This document shows positions 1-13,943 of a stretch of 64,000 nt of DNA, piece after piece. The notes beneath the pieces were generated by a model that saw only the letters and a program-made list of their open reading frames with translations, was not told the origin of the DNA and searched no databases. Source of the stretch: Bugula neritina (taxonomy: Eukaryota; Animalia; Bryozoa); contig OZ037768.1 in the NCBI GenBank assembly GCA_964035545.1, forward strand, positions 1 to 64,000. The letters are read 5' to 3'. A program made the position numbers and the translations under genes. The first letter of the stretch is position 1. Each line of letters opens with the position of its first letter.

Positions 1-3000
1 CCCAAACCCCAAACCCCAAACCCCAAACCCCAAACCCCAAACCCAAACCCCAAACCCCAAACCCCAAACCCCAAACCCCAAACCCCAAACCCCAAACCCC
101 AAACCCCAAACCCCAAACCCCAAACCCCAAACCCCAAACCCCAAACCCCAAACCCCAAACCCAAACCCAAACCCCAAACCCCAAACCCCAACCCCAAACC
201 CCAAACCCCAAACCCCAAACCCCAAACCCCAAACCCCAAACCCCAAACCCCAACCCCAAACCCCAAACCCCAAACCCCAAACCCCAAACCCCAAACCCCA
301 ACCCCAAACCCAAACCCAAACCCCAAACCCCAAACCCCAAACCCCAAACCCCAAACCCAAACCCAAACCCCAAACCCCAAACCCAAACCCCAAACCCAAA
401 CCCCAAACCCCAACCCCAAACCCCAAACCCCAAACCCCAAACCCAAACCCCAAACCCCAAACCCCAAACCCCAAACCCCAAACCCCAAACCCCAAACCCC
501 AAACCCAAACCCCAAACCCCAAACCCCACCCCAAACCCCAAACCCAAACCCCAAACCCCAACCCCAAACCCCAAAACCCCAAACCCCAAACCCCAAAACC
601 CCAAACCCCAAACCCCAAACCCCAAACCCCAAACCCCCAAACCCCAAACCCCAAACCCCAAACCCCAAACCCCAAACCCCAAACCCCAACCCCAAACCCC
701 AAACCCCAAACCCCAAACCCCAAACCCCAAACCCCAAACCCCAAACCCCAAACCCCAAACCCCAAACCCCAAACCCCAAACCCCAAACCCCCAACCCAAA
801 CCCCAAACCCAAACCCCAAACCCCAAACCCCAAACCCAAACCCCAAACCCCAAACCCCAAACCCCAAACCCAAACCCAAACCCCAACCCCAAACCCCAAA
901 CCCCAAAACCCCAAACCCCAAACCCCAAACCCCAAACCCCAAACCCCAAACCCCAAACCCCAAACCCCAACCAACCCCAAACCCCAAACCCCAAACCCCA
1001 AACCCCAAACCCCAAACCCCAAACCCCAAACCCAAACCCCAAACCCCAAACCCCAAACCCCAAACCCCAAACCCCAAACCCCAAACCCAAACCCCAACCC
1101 CAAACCCCAAACCCCAAACCCCAAACCCCAAACCCCAAACCCAAACCCCAAACCCCAAACCCCAAACCCCCAAACCCCAAACCCCAAACCCCAAACCCCA
1201 AACCCCAAACACCCCAAACCCCAAACCCCAAACCCCAAACCCCAAACCCCAAACCCCAAACCCCAAACCCCAAACCCCAAACCCCAAACCCCAAACCCCA
1301 AACCCCAAACCCCAAACCCCAAACCCCAAACCCCAAACCCCAAACCCCAAACCCCAAACCCCAAACCCCAAACCCCAAACCCCAAACCCCAAACCCCAAA
1401 CCCCAAACCCAAACCCCAAACCCCAAACCCCAAACCCCAAACCCCAAACCCCAAACCCCAAACCCCAAACCCCAAACCCAAACCCCAAACCCCAAACCCC
1501 AAACCCCAAACCCCAAACCCCAAACCCCAAACCCCAAACCCCAAACCCCAAACCCCAAACCCCAAACCCCAAACCCCAAACCCCAAACCCCAAACCCCAA
1601 ACCCAAACCCCAAACCCCAAACCCCAAACCCCAACCCCAAACCCCCAAACCCCAAACCCCAAACCCCAAACCCCAAACCCCAAACCCCAACCCCAAACCC
1701 CAAACCCCAAACCCCAAACCCAAACCCCAAACCCCAAACCCCAAACCCCAAACCCCAAACCCCAAACCCCAAACCCCAAACCCCAACCCCAAACCCCAAA
1801 CCCCAAACCCAAACCCCAAACCCCAAACCCCAAAAACCCCAAACCCCAAACCCCAAACCCCAAAACCCAAACCCCAAACCCCAAACCCCAAACCCCAAAC
1901 CCAAACCCCAAACCCCAAACCCCAAACCCACCCAAACCCCAAACCCCAAACCCCAACCCCAAACCCCAAACCCCAAACCCAACCAAACCCAAACCCCAAA
2001 CCCCAAACCCCAAACCCCAAACCCCAAACCCCAAACCCCAAACCCCAACCCCAAACCCCAAACCCCAAACCCCAAACCCAAACCCCAAACCCCAAACCCA
2101 AACCCCAAACCCAAACCCCAAACCCCAAACCCCAAACCCCAAACCCCAAACCCCAAACCCCAAACCCCAAACCCCAAACCCCAAACCCCAAACCCCAAAC
2201 CCCAAAACCCCAAACCCCAAACCCCAAACCCCAAACCCCAAACCCCAACCCCAAACCCCAAACCCCAACCCCAAACCCCAAACCCCAAACCCCAAACCCC
2301 AAACCCCAACCCCAAACCCCCCAACCCCAAACCCCAAACCCCAAACCCCAAACCCCAAACCCCAACCCCAAACCCCCAAACCCCAAACCCCAAACCCCAA
2401 ACCCCAAACCCAAACCCCCAACCCCAAACCCCAAACCCCAAACCCCAAACCCCAAACCCCAAACCCCAAACCCCAAACCCCAAACCCCAAACCCCAAACC
2501 CCAAACCCCAAACCCCAAACCCCAAACCCCCAAACCCCAAACCCCAAACCCCAAACCCAAACCCCAAACCCCAAACCCCAACCCCAAACCCCAAACCCCA
2601 AACCCCAAACCCCAAACCCCAAACCCCAAACCCCAAACCCCAAACCCCAAACCCCAAACCCCAAACCCCAAACCCCAAACCCCCAACCCAACCCCAAACC
2701 CCAAACCCCAAACCCCAAACCCCAAACCCCAAACCCCAAACCCCAAACCCCAAACCCCAAACCCCAAACCCCAAACCCCAAACCCCAAACCCCAAACCCC
2801 AAACCCCAAACCCCAAACCCCAACCCAAACCCCAAACCCCAACCCCAAACCCCAAACCCCAAACCCCAAACCCCAAACCCCAAACCCCAACCCCAAACCC
2901 AAACCCCAAACCCCAAACCCCAAACCCCAACCCCAAACCCCAAACCCCAACCCCAAACCCCAAACCCAAACCCCAAACCCCAAACCCCAAACCCCAAACC

Positions 3001-6000
3001 CCAAACCCCAAACCCCAAACCCCAAACCCCAAACCCCCAAACCCCAAACCCCAACACCCCAAACCCCCAAACCCAAACCCCAAACCCAAACCCCAAACCC
3101 CAAAACCCCAAACCCCAAACCCAAACCCCAAACCCCAAACCCCAAACCCCAAACCCCAAACCCCAAACCCCAAACCCCAAACCCCAAACCCCAAACCCCC
3201 AAACCCCAAACCCCAAACCCCAAACCCCAAACCCCAAACCCCAAACCCCAAACCCCAAACCCCAAACCCCAAACCCCAAACCCCAAACCCAAACCCCAAA
3301 CCCCAAACCCCAAACCCCAAACCCCAAACCCCAAACCCAAACCCCAAACCCCAAACCCCAAACCCCAAACCCCAAAACCCCAAACCCCAAACCCCAAACC
3401 CCAAACCCCAAACCCCAAACCCCAAACCCCAAACCCCAAACCCCAAACCCCAAACCCCAAACCCCAAACCCCAAACCCCAAACCCCAAACCCAAACCCCA
3501 AACCCCAAACCCCAAACCCCAAACCCCAACCCCAAACCCCAAACCCCAAACCCCAAACCCCAAACCCCAAACCCCAAACCCCAAACCCCAAACCCCAAAC
3601 CCCAAACCCCAAACCCCAAACCCCAAACCCCAAACCCAAACCCCAAACCCCAAACCCCAAACCCCAAACCCCAAACCCCAAACCCCAAACCCCAAACCCC
3701 AAACCCCAAACCCCAAACCCCAAACCCCAACCCCAAACCCCAAACCCCAAACCCCAAACCCCAAACCCCAAACCCCAAACCCCAAACCCCAAACCCCAAA
3801 CCCCAAACCCCAAACCCCAAACCCCCAAACCCCAAACCCCAAACCCAAACCCCAAACCCCAAACCCCAAACCCCAAACCCCAAACCCCAAACCCCAAACC
3901 CCAAACCCCAAACCCCAAACCCCAAACCCCAAACCCCAAACCCCAAACCCCAACCCAACCCCCAAACCCCAAACCCCAAACCCCAAACCCCAAACCCCAA
4001 ACCCCAAACCCCAAACCCCAAACCCCAAACCCCAAACCCCAAACCCCAAACCCCAAACCCCAAACCCCAAACCCCAAACCCCAAACCCCAAACCCCAACC
4101 CCAAACCCCAAACCCCAAACCCCAAACCCCAAACCCCAAACCCAAACCCCAAACCCCAAACCCCAAACCCCAAACCCCAAACCCAAACCCCAAACCCCAA
4201 ACCCCAAACCCAAACCCCAAACCCCAAACCCCAAACCCCCAAACCCCAAACCCCAAACCCCAACCCCAAACCCCAAACCCCAAACCCCAAACCCCAAACC
4301 CCAAACCCCAAACCCCAAACCCCAAACCCCAAACCCCAAACCCCAAACCCCAAACCCCAAACCCCAAACCCCAAACCCCAAACCCAAACCCAAACCCCAA
4401 ACCCCAAACCCCAAACCCCAAACCCCAAACCCCAAACCCCAAACCCCAAACCCCAAACCCCAAACCCCAAACCCCCACCCCAAACCCCAACCCCAAACCC
4501 CAAACCCCAAACCCCAAACCCAAACCCCCAAACCCCAAACCCCAAACCCCAAACCCCAAACCCCAACCCCAAACCCCAAACCCCAAACCCCAAACCCCAA
4601 ACCCCAAACCCCAAACCCCAAACCCCAAACCCCAAACCCCAAACCCCAAACCCCAAACCCCAAACCCCAAACCCCAAACCCCAAACCCCAAACCCCAAAC
4701 CCCAAACCCAAACCCCAAACCCCAAACCCCAAACCCCAAACCCCAAACCCCAAACCCCAAACCCCAAACCCCAAACCCCAAACCCCAAACCCCAACCCCA
4801 ACCCCAAACCCCAAACCCCAAACCCCAAACCCCAAACCCCAAACCCCAAACCCCAAACCCCAAACCCCCAAACCCCAAACCCACCCCAAACCCAAACCCC
4901 AAACCCCAAACCCCAAACCCCAAACCCCAAACCCCAAACCCCAAACCCCAAACCCCAAACCCCAAACCCCAAACCCCAACCCCAAACCCCAAACCCCAAA
5001 CCCCAAACCCCAAACCCCAAACCCCAAACCCCAAACCCCAAACCCCAAACCCCAAACCCCAAACCCCAAACCCCAAACCCCAAACCCCAAACCCCAAACC
5101 CCAAACCCCAAACCCCAAACCCCAAACCCCAAACCCCAAACCCCAAACCCCAAACCCCAAACCCCAAACCCCAAACCCCAAACCCCAAACCCCAAACCCC
5201 AAACCCCAAACCCCAAACCCCAAACCCCAAACCCCAAACCCCAAACCCCCAACCCAAACCCCAAACCCCAAACCCCAAACCCCAAACCCCAACCCCAAAC
5301 CCCAAACCCCAAACCCAAACCCCAAACCCCAAACCCCAAACCCCAAACCCCAAACCCCAAACCCCAACCCCCAAACCCCAAACCCCAAACCCCAAACCCC
5401 AAACCCCAAACCCCAAACCCCAAACCCCAAACCCCAAACCCCAAACCCCAAACCCCAAACCCCAAACCCCAAACCCCAAACCCCAAACCCCAAACCCCAA
5501 ACCCCAAACCCAAACCCCAAACCCCAAACCCCAAACCCCAAACCCAAACCCCAAACCCCAAACCCCAAACCCCAAACCCCAAACCCCAAACCCCAAACCC
5601 CAAACCCCAAACCCCAAACCCCAAACCCCAAACCCCAAACCCCAAACCCCAAACCCCAAACCCCAAACCCCAAACCCCCAAACCCCAAACCCCAAACCCC
5701 AAACCCCAAACCCCAAACCCCAAACCCCAACCCCCAAACCCCAAACCCCAAACCCCAAACCCCAAACCCCAAACCCCAAACCCCAAACCCCAAACCCCAA
5801 ACCCCAAACCCCAAACCCCAAACCCCAAACCCCAAACCCCAAACCCCAAACCCCAAACCCCAAACCCCAAACCCCAAACCCCAAACCCAAACCCCAAACC
5901 CCAAACCCCAAACCCAAACCCCAAACCCCAAACCCCAAACCCCAAACCCCAAACCCCAAACCCCAAACCCCAAACCCAAACCCCAAACCCCAAACCCCAA

Positions 6001-9000
6001 ACCCCAAACCCCAAACCCCAAACCCCAAACCCCAAACCCCAAACCCCAAACCCCAAACCCCAAACCCCAAACCCCAAACCCCAAACCCCAAACCCCAAAC
6101 CCCAAACCCCAAACCCCAAACCCCAAACCCCAACCCCAAACCCCAAACCCCAAACCCCAAACCCCAAACCCCAAACCCCAAACCCCAAACCCCAAACCCC
6201 AAACCCCAAACCCCAACCCAAACCCCAAACCCCAAACCCCAAACCCCAAACCCCAAACCCCAAACCCCAAACCCCAAACCCCAAACCCCAAACCCCAAAC
6301 CCCAAACCCCAACCCCAAACCCCAAACCCCAACCCCCAAACCCCAAACCCCAAACCCCAAACCCCAAACCCCAAACCCCAAACCCCCAAACCCCAAACCC
6401 CAAACCCCAAACCCCAAACCCCAAACCCCAAACCCCAAACCCCAACCCCAAACCCCAAACCCCAAACCCCAAACCCCAAACCCCAAACCCCAAACCCCAA
6501 ACCCCAAACCCCAAACCCCAACCCCAAACCCCAAACCCCAAACCCCAAACCCCAAACCCCAAACCCCAAACCCAACCCCAAACCCCAAACCCCAAACCCC
6601 AAACCCCCAAACCCCAACCCCCCAACCCCAAACCCCAAACCCCAAACCCCAACCCCAAACCCCAAACCCCAAACCCCAAACCCCAACCCCAAACCCCAAC
6701 CCCAAACCCCAAACCCCAAACCCCAACCCCAAACCCCAAACCCCAAACCCCAAACCCCAACCCCAAACCCCAACCCCAAACCCCAAACCCCAAACCCCAA
6801 ACCCCAAACCCCAAACCCCAACCCCCAACCCCAAACCCCAAACCCCAAACCCCAAACCCCAACCCCAACCCAAACCCCAAACCCCAAACCCCAAACCCCA
6901 AACCCCAAACCCCAAACCCCAAACCCCAAACCCCAAACCCCAAACCCCAACCCCAAACCCCAAACCCCAAACCCCAAACCCCAAACCCCAAACCCCAAAC
7001 CCCAAACCCCAACCCCAAACCCCAAACCCCAAACCCCAAACCCCAAACCCCAAACCCCAAACCCCAAACCCCAAACCCCAACCCCAAACCCCAACCCCAA
7101 ACCCCAAACCCCAAACCCCAAACCCCAAACCCCAAACCCCAAACCCCAACCCCCAAACCCCAAACCCCAAACCCCAAACCCCAAACCCCAAACCCCAAAC
7201 CCCAAACCCCAAACCCCAAACCCCAAACCCAACCCCAAACCCCAAACCCCAAACCCCAAACCCCAAACCCCAAACCCCAACCCCAAACCCCAAACCCCAA
7301 ACCCCAAACCCCAACCCCAAACCCCAAACCCCAAACCCCAAACCCCAACCCAAACCCCAAACCCCAACCCCAAACCCCAAACCCCAAACCCCAAACCCCA
7401 AACCCCAAACCCCAAACCCCAAACCACCAACCCCAAACCCCAAACCCCAAACCCCAAACCCCAACCCCAAACCCAAACCCAAACCCCAAACCCCAAACCC
7501 CAACCCCAAACCCCAAACCCCAAACCCCAAACCCCAAACCCCAAACCCCAAACCCCAAACCCCAAACCCCAAACCCCAAACCCCAAACCCCAAACCCCAA
7601 ACCCCAAACCCCAAACCCCAAACCCCAAACCCCAAACCCCAAACCCCAAACCCCAAACCCCAAACCCCAAACCCCAACCCCAAACCCCAAACCCCAAACC
7701 CCAAACCCCAACCCCAAACCCCAAACCCCAACCCCAAACCCCAAACCCCAAACCCCAAACCCCAAACCCCAAACCCCAAACCCAAACCCCAACCCCAACC
7801 CCAAACCCCAACCCCAAACCCCAAACCCCAACCCCAAACCCCAAACCCCAAACCCCAAACCCCAAACCCCAAACCCCAAACCCCAAACCCCAAACCCCAA
7901 ACCCCAAACCCCAAACCCCAAACCCCAAACCCCAAACCCCCAAACCCCAAACCCCAAACCCCAAACCCCAAACCCCAACCCCAAACCCCAAACCCCAAAC
8001 CCCAAACCCCAACCCCAAACCCCAAACCCCAAACCCCAAACCCAACCCCCAAACCCAAACCCCAAACCCCAAACCCCAAACCCCAAACCCCAAACCCCAA
8101 ACCCCAAACCCCAAACCCCAAACCCCAAACCCCAAACCCCAAACCCCAAACCCCAAACCCCAAACCCCAAACCCCAAACCCCAAACCCCAAACCCCAAAC
8201 CCCAAACCCCAAACCCCAAACCCCAAACCCCAAACCCCAAACCCCAAACCCCAAACCCCAAACCCCAAACCCCAAACCCCAAACCCCAAACCCCAAACCC
8301 CAAACCCCAAACCCCAAACCCCAAACCCCAAACCCCAAACCCCAAACCCCAAACCCCAAACCCCAAACCCCAAACCCCAAACCCCAAACCCCAAACCCCA
8401 AACCCAAACCCCAAACCCCAAACCCCAAACCCCAAACCCCAAACCCCAAACCCCAAACCCCAAACCCCAAACCCCAAACCCCAAACCCCAAACCCCAAAC
8501 CCCAAACCCCAAACCCCAAACCCCAAACCCCAAACCCCAAACCCCAAACCCCAAACCCCAAACCCCAAACCCCAAACCCCAAACCCCAAACCCCAAACCC
8601 CAAACCCCAAACCCCAAACCCCAAACCCCAAACCCCAAACCCCAAACCCCAAACCCCAAACCCCAAACCCCAAACCCCAAACCCCAAACCCCAAACCCCA
8701 AACCCCAAACCCCAAACCCCAAACCCCAAACCCCAAACCCCAAACCCCAAACCCCAAACCCCAAACCCCAAACCCCAAACCCCAAACCCCAAACCCCAAA
8801 CCCCAAACCCCAAACCCCAAACCCCAAACCCCAAACCCCAAACCCCAAACCCCAAACCCCAAACCCCAAACCCCAAACCCCAAACCCCAAACCCCAAACC
8901 CCAAACCCCAAACCCCAAACCCCAAACCCCAAACCCAAACCCCAAACCCCAAACCCCAAACCCCAAACCCCAAACCCCAAACCCCAAACCCCAAACCCCA

Positions 9001-9555
9001 AACCCCAAACCCCAAACCCCAAACCCCAAACCCCAAACCCCAAACCCCAAACCCCAAACCCCAAACCCCAAACCCCAAACCCCAAACCCCAAACCCCAAA
9101 CCCCAAACCCCAAACCCCAAACCCCAAACCCCAAACCCCAAACCCCAAACCCCAAACCCCAAACCCCAAACCCCAAACCCCAAACCCCAAACCCCAAACC
9201 CCAAACCCCAAACCCCAAACCCCAAACCCCAAACCCCAAACCCCAAACCCCAAACCCCAAACCCCAAACCCCAAACCCCAAACCCCAAACCCCAAACCCC
9301 AAACCCCAAACCCCAAACCCCAAACCCCAAACCCCAAACCCCAAACCCCAAACCCCAAACCCCAAACCCCAAACCCCAAACCCCAAACCCCAAACCCCAA
9401 ACCCCAAACCCCAAACCCCAAACCCCAAACCCCAAACCCCAAACCCCAAACCCCAAACCCCAAACCCCAAACCCCAAACCCCAAACCCCAAACCCCAAAC
9501 CCCAAACCCCAAACCCCAAACCCCAAACCCCAAACCCCAAACCCCAAACCCCAAA
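1..9555. repeat. Distal telomeric array (CCCCAAA)n / (TTTGGGG)n
   Basis: About 1360 tandem 7-mers from base 1, with the C-rich strand on +, as expected at a left chromosome end. Homopolymer-length variants are scattered up to ~8.1 kb; the array is nearly perfect after that. Confidence 0.95.
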
Positions 9556-12500
9556 CCCCGAACCCCGAACCCCGAACCCCGAACCCCGAACCCCAAACCC
9601 CAAACCCCAAACCCCAACCCCGAACCCCGAACCCCGAACCCCGAACCCCGAACCCCGAACCCCGAACCCCGAACCCCGAACCCCGAACCCCGAACCCCGA
9701 ACCCCGAACCCCGAACCCCGAACCCCGAACCCCGAACCCCGAACCCCGAACCCCGAACCCCGAACCCCGAACCCCGAACCCCGAACCCCGAACCCCGAAC
9801 CCCGAACCCCGAACCCCGAACCCCGAACCCCGAACCCCGAACCCCGAACCCCGAACCCCGAACCCCGAACCCCGAACCCCGAACCCCGAACCCCGAACCC
9901 CGAACCCCGAACCCCGAACCCCGAACCCCGAACCCCGAACCCCGAACCCCGAACCCCGAACCCCGAACCCCGAACCCCGAACCCCGAACCCCGAACCCCG
10001 AACCCCGAACCCCGAACCCCGAACCCCGAACCCCGAACCCCGAACCCCGAACCCCGAACCCCGAACCCCGAACCCCGAACCCCGAACCCCGAACCCCGAA
10101 CCCCGAACCCCGAACCCCGAACCCCGAACCCCGAACCCCGAACCCCGAACCCCGAACCCCGAACCCCGAACCCCGAACCCCGAACCCCGAACCCCGAACC
10201 CCGAACCCCGAACCCCGAACCCCGAACCCCGAACCCCGAACCCCGAACCCCGAACCCCGAACCCCGAACCCCGAACCCCGAACCCCGAACCCCGAACCCC
10301 GAACCCCGAACCCCGAACCCCGAACCCCGAACCCCGAACCCCGAACCCCGAACCCCGAACCCCGAACCCCGAACCCCGAACCCCGAACCCCGAACCCCGA
10401 ACCCCGAACCCCGAACCCCGAACCCCGAACCCCGAACCCCGAACCCCGAACCCCGAACCCCGAACCCCGAACCCCGAACCCCGAACCCCGAACCCCGAAC
10501 CCCGAACCCCGAACCCCGAACCCCGAACCCCGAACCCCGAACCCCGAACCCCGAACCCCGAACCCCGAACCCCGAACCCCGAACCCCGAACCCCGAACCC
10601 CGAACCCCGAACCCCGAACCCCGAACCCCGAACCCCGAACCCCGAACCCCGAACCCCGAACCCCGAACCCCGAACCCCGAACCCCGAACCCCGAACCCCG
10701 AACCCCGAACCCCGAACCCCGAACCCCGAACCCCGAACCCCGAACCCCGAACCCCGAACCCCGAACCCCGAACCCCGAACCCCGAACCCCGAACCCCGAA
10801 CCCCGAACCCCGAACCCCGAACCCCGAACCCCGAACCCCGAACCCCGAACCCCGAACCCCGAACCCCGAACCCCGAACCCCGAACCCCGAACCCCGAACC
10901 CCGAACCCCGAACCCCGAACCCCGAACCCCGAACCCCGAACCCCGAACCCCGAACCCCGAACCCCGAACCCCGAACCCCGAACCCCGAACCCCGAACCCC
11001 GAACCCCGAACCCCGAACCCCGAACCCCGAACCCCGAACCCCGAACCCCGAACCCCGAACCCCGAACCCCGAACCCCGAACCCCGAACCCCGAACCCCGA
11101 ACCCCGAACCCCGAACCCCGAACCCCGAACCCCGAACCCCGAACCCCGAACCCCGAACCCCGAACCCCGAACCCCGAACCCCGAACCCCGAACCCCGAAC
11201 CCCGAACCCCGAACCCCGAACCCCGAACCCCGAACCCCGAACCCCGAACCCCGAACCCCGAACCCCGAACCCCGAACCCCGAACCCCGAACCCCGAACCC
11301 CGAACCCCGAACCCCGAACCCCGAACCCCGAACCCCGAACCCCGAACCCCGAACCCCGAACCCCGAACCCCGAACCCCGAACCCCGAACCCCGAACCCCG
11401 AACCCCGAACCCCGAACCCCGAACCCCGAACCCCGAACCCCGAACCCCGAACCCCGAACCCCGAACCCCGAACCCCGAACCCCGAACCCCGAACCCCGAA
11501 CCCCGAACCCCGAACCCCGAACCCCGAACCCCGAACCCCGAACCCCGAACCCCGAACCCCGAACCCCGAACCCCGAACCCCGAACCCCGAACCCCGAACC
11601 CCGAACCCCGAACCCCGAACCCCGAACCCCGAACCCCGAACCCCGAACCCCGAACCCCGAACCCCGAACCCCGAACCCCGAACCCCGAACCCCGAACCCC
11701 GAACCCCGAACCCCGAACCCCGAACCCCGAACCCCGAACCCCGAACCCCGAACCCCGAACCCCGAACCCCGAACCCCGAACCCCGAACCCCGAACCCCGA
11801 ACCCCGAACCCCGAACCCCGAACCCCGAACCCCGAACCCCGAACCCCGAACCCCGAACCCCGAACCCCGAACCCCGAACCCCGAACCCCGAACCCCGAAC
11901 CCCGAACCCCGAACCCCGAACCCCGAACCCCGAACCCCGAACCCCGAACCCCGAACCCCGAACCCCGAACCCCGAACCCCGAACCCCGAACCCCGAACCC
12001 CGAACCCCGAACCCCGAACCCCGAACCCCGAACCCCGAACCCCGAACCCCGAACCCCGAACCCCGAACCCCGAACCCCGAACCCCGAACCCCGAACCCCG
12101 AACCCCGAACCCCGAACCCCGAACCCCGAACCCCGAACCCCGAACCCCGAACCCCGAACCCCGAACCCCGAACCCCGAACCCCGAACCCCGAACCCCGAA
12201 CCCCGAACCCCGAACCCCGAACCCCGAACCCCGAACCCCGAACCCCGAACCCCGAACCCCGAACCCCGAACCCCGAACCCCGAACCCCGAACCCCGAACC
12301 CCGAACCCCGAACCCCGAACCCCGAACCCCGAACCCCGAACCCCGAACCCCGAACCCCGAACCCCGAACCCCGAACCCCGAACCCCGAACCCCGAACCCC
12401 GAACCCCGAACCCCGAACCCCGAACCCCGAACCCCGAACCCCGAACCCCGAACCCCGAACCCCGAACCCCGAACCCCGAACCCCGAACCCCGAACCCCGA

Positions 12501-13943
12501 ACCCCGAACCCCGAACCCCGAACCCCGAACCCCGAACCCCGAACCCCGAACCCCGAACCCCGAACCCCGAACCCCGAACCCCGAACCCCGAACCCCGAAC
12601 CCCGAACCCCGAACCCCGAACCCCGAACCCCGAACCCCGAACCCCGAACCCCGAACCCCGAACCCCGAACCCCGAACCCCGAACCCCGAACCCCGAACCC
12701 CGAACCCCGAACCCCGAACCCCGAACCCCGAACCCCGAACCCCGAACCCCGAACCCCGAACCCCGAACCCCGAACCCCGAACCCCGAACCCCGAACCCCG
12801 AACCCCGAACCCCGAACCCCGAACCCCGAACCCCGAACCCCGAACCCCGAACCCCGAACCCCGAACCCCGAACCCCGAACCCCGAACCCCGAACCCCGAA
12901 CCCCGAACCCCGAACCCCGAACCCCGAACCCCGAACCCCGAACCCCGAACCCCGAACCCCGAACCCCGAACCCCGAACCCCGAACCCCGAACCCCGAACC
13001 CCGAACCCCGAACCCCGAACCCCGAACCCCGAACCCCGAACCCCGAACCCCGAACCCCGAACCCCGAACCCCGAACCCCGAACCCCGAACCCCGAACCCC
13101 GAACCCCGAACCCCGAACCCCGAACCCCGAACCCCGAACCCCGAACCCCGAACCCCGAACCCCGAACCCCGAACCCCGAACCCCGAACCCCGAACCCCGA
13201 ACCCCGAACCCCGAACCCCGAACCCCGAACCCCGAACCCCGAACCCCGAACCCCGAACCCCGAACCCCGAACCCCGAACCCCGAACCCCGAACCCCGAAC
13301 CCCGAACCCCGAACCCCGAACCCCGAACCCCGAACCCCGAACCCCGAACCCCGAACCCCGAACCCCGAACCCCGAACCCCGAACCCCGAACCCCGAACCC
13401 CGAACCCCGAACCCCGAACCCCGAACCCCGAACCCCGAACCCCGAACCCCGAACCCCGAACCCCGAACCCCGAACCCCGAACCCCGAACCCCGAACCCCG
13501 AACCCCGAACCCCGAACCCCGAACCCCGAACCCCGAACCCCGAACCCCGAACCCCGAACCCCGAACCCCGAACCCCGAACCCCGAACCCCGAACCCCGAA
13601 CCCCGAACCCCGAACCCCGAACCCCGAACCCCGAACCCCGAACCCCGAACCCCGAACCCCGAACCCCGAACCCCGAACCCCGAACCCCGAACCCCGAACC
13701 CCGAACCCCGAACCCCGAACCCCGAACCCCGAACCCCGAACCCCGAACCCCGAACCCCGAACCCCGAACCCCGAACCCCGAACCCCGAACCCCGAACCCC
13801 GAACCCCGAACCCCGAACCCCGAACCCCGAACCCCGAACCCCGAACCCCGAACCCCGAACCCCGAACCCCGAACCCCGAACCCCGAACCCCGAACCCCGA
13901 ACCCCGAACCCCGAACCCCGAACCCCGAACCCCGAACCCCGAA
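9556..13943. repeat. Telomere-variant array (CCCCGAA)n
   Basis: Five CCCCGAA units (9556-9590), four CCCCAA(A) units, then an apparently uninterrupted run 9618-13943 (4326 bp = 618 units). Confidence 0.95.

Noticed and set aside
1-8100. C3/C5/A2/A4 variants in the distal telomere as telomerase stuttering
   Set aside because: All are homopolymer-length changes that fade proximally, which is the pattern expected from low-coverage long-read consensus error. They cannot be separated from biology without reads.
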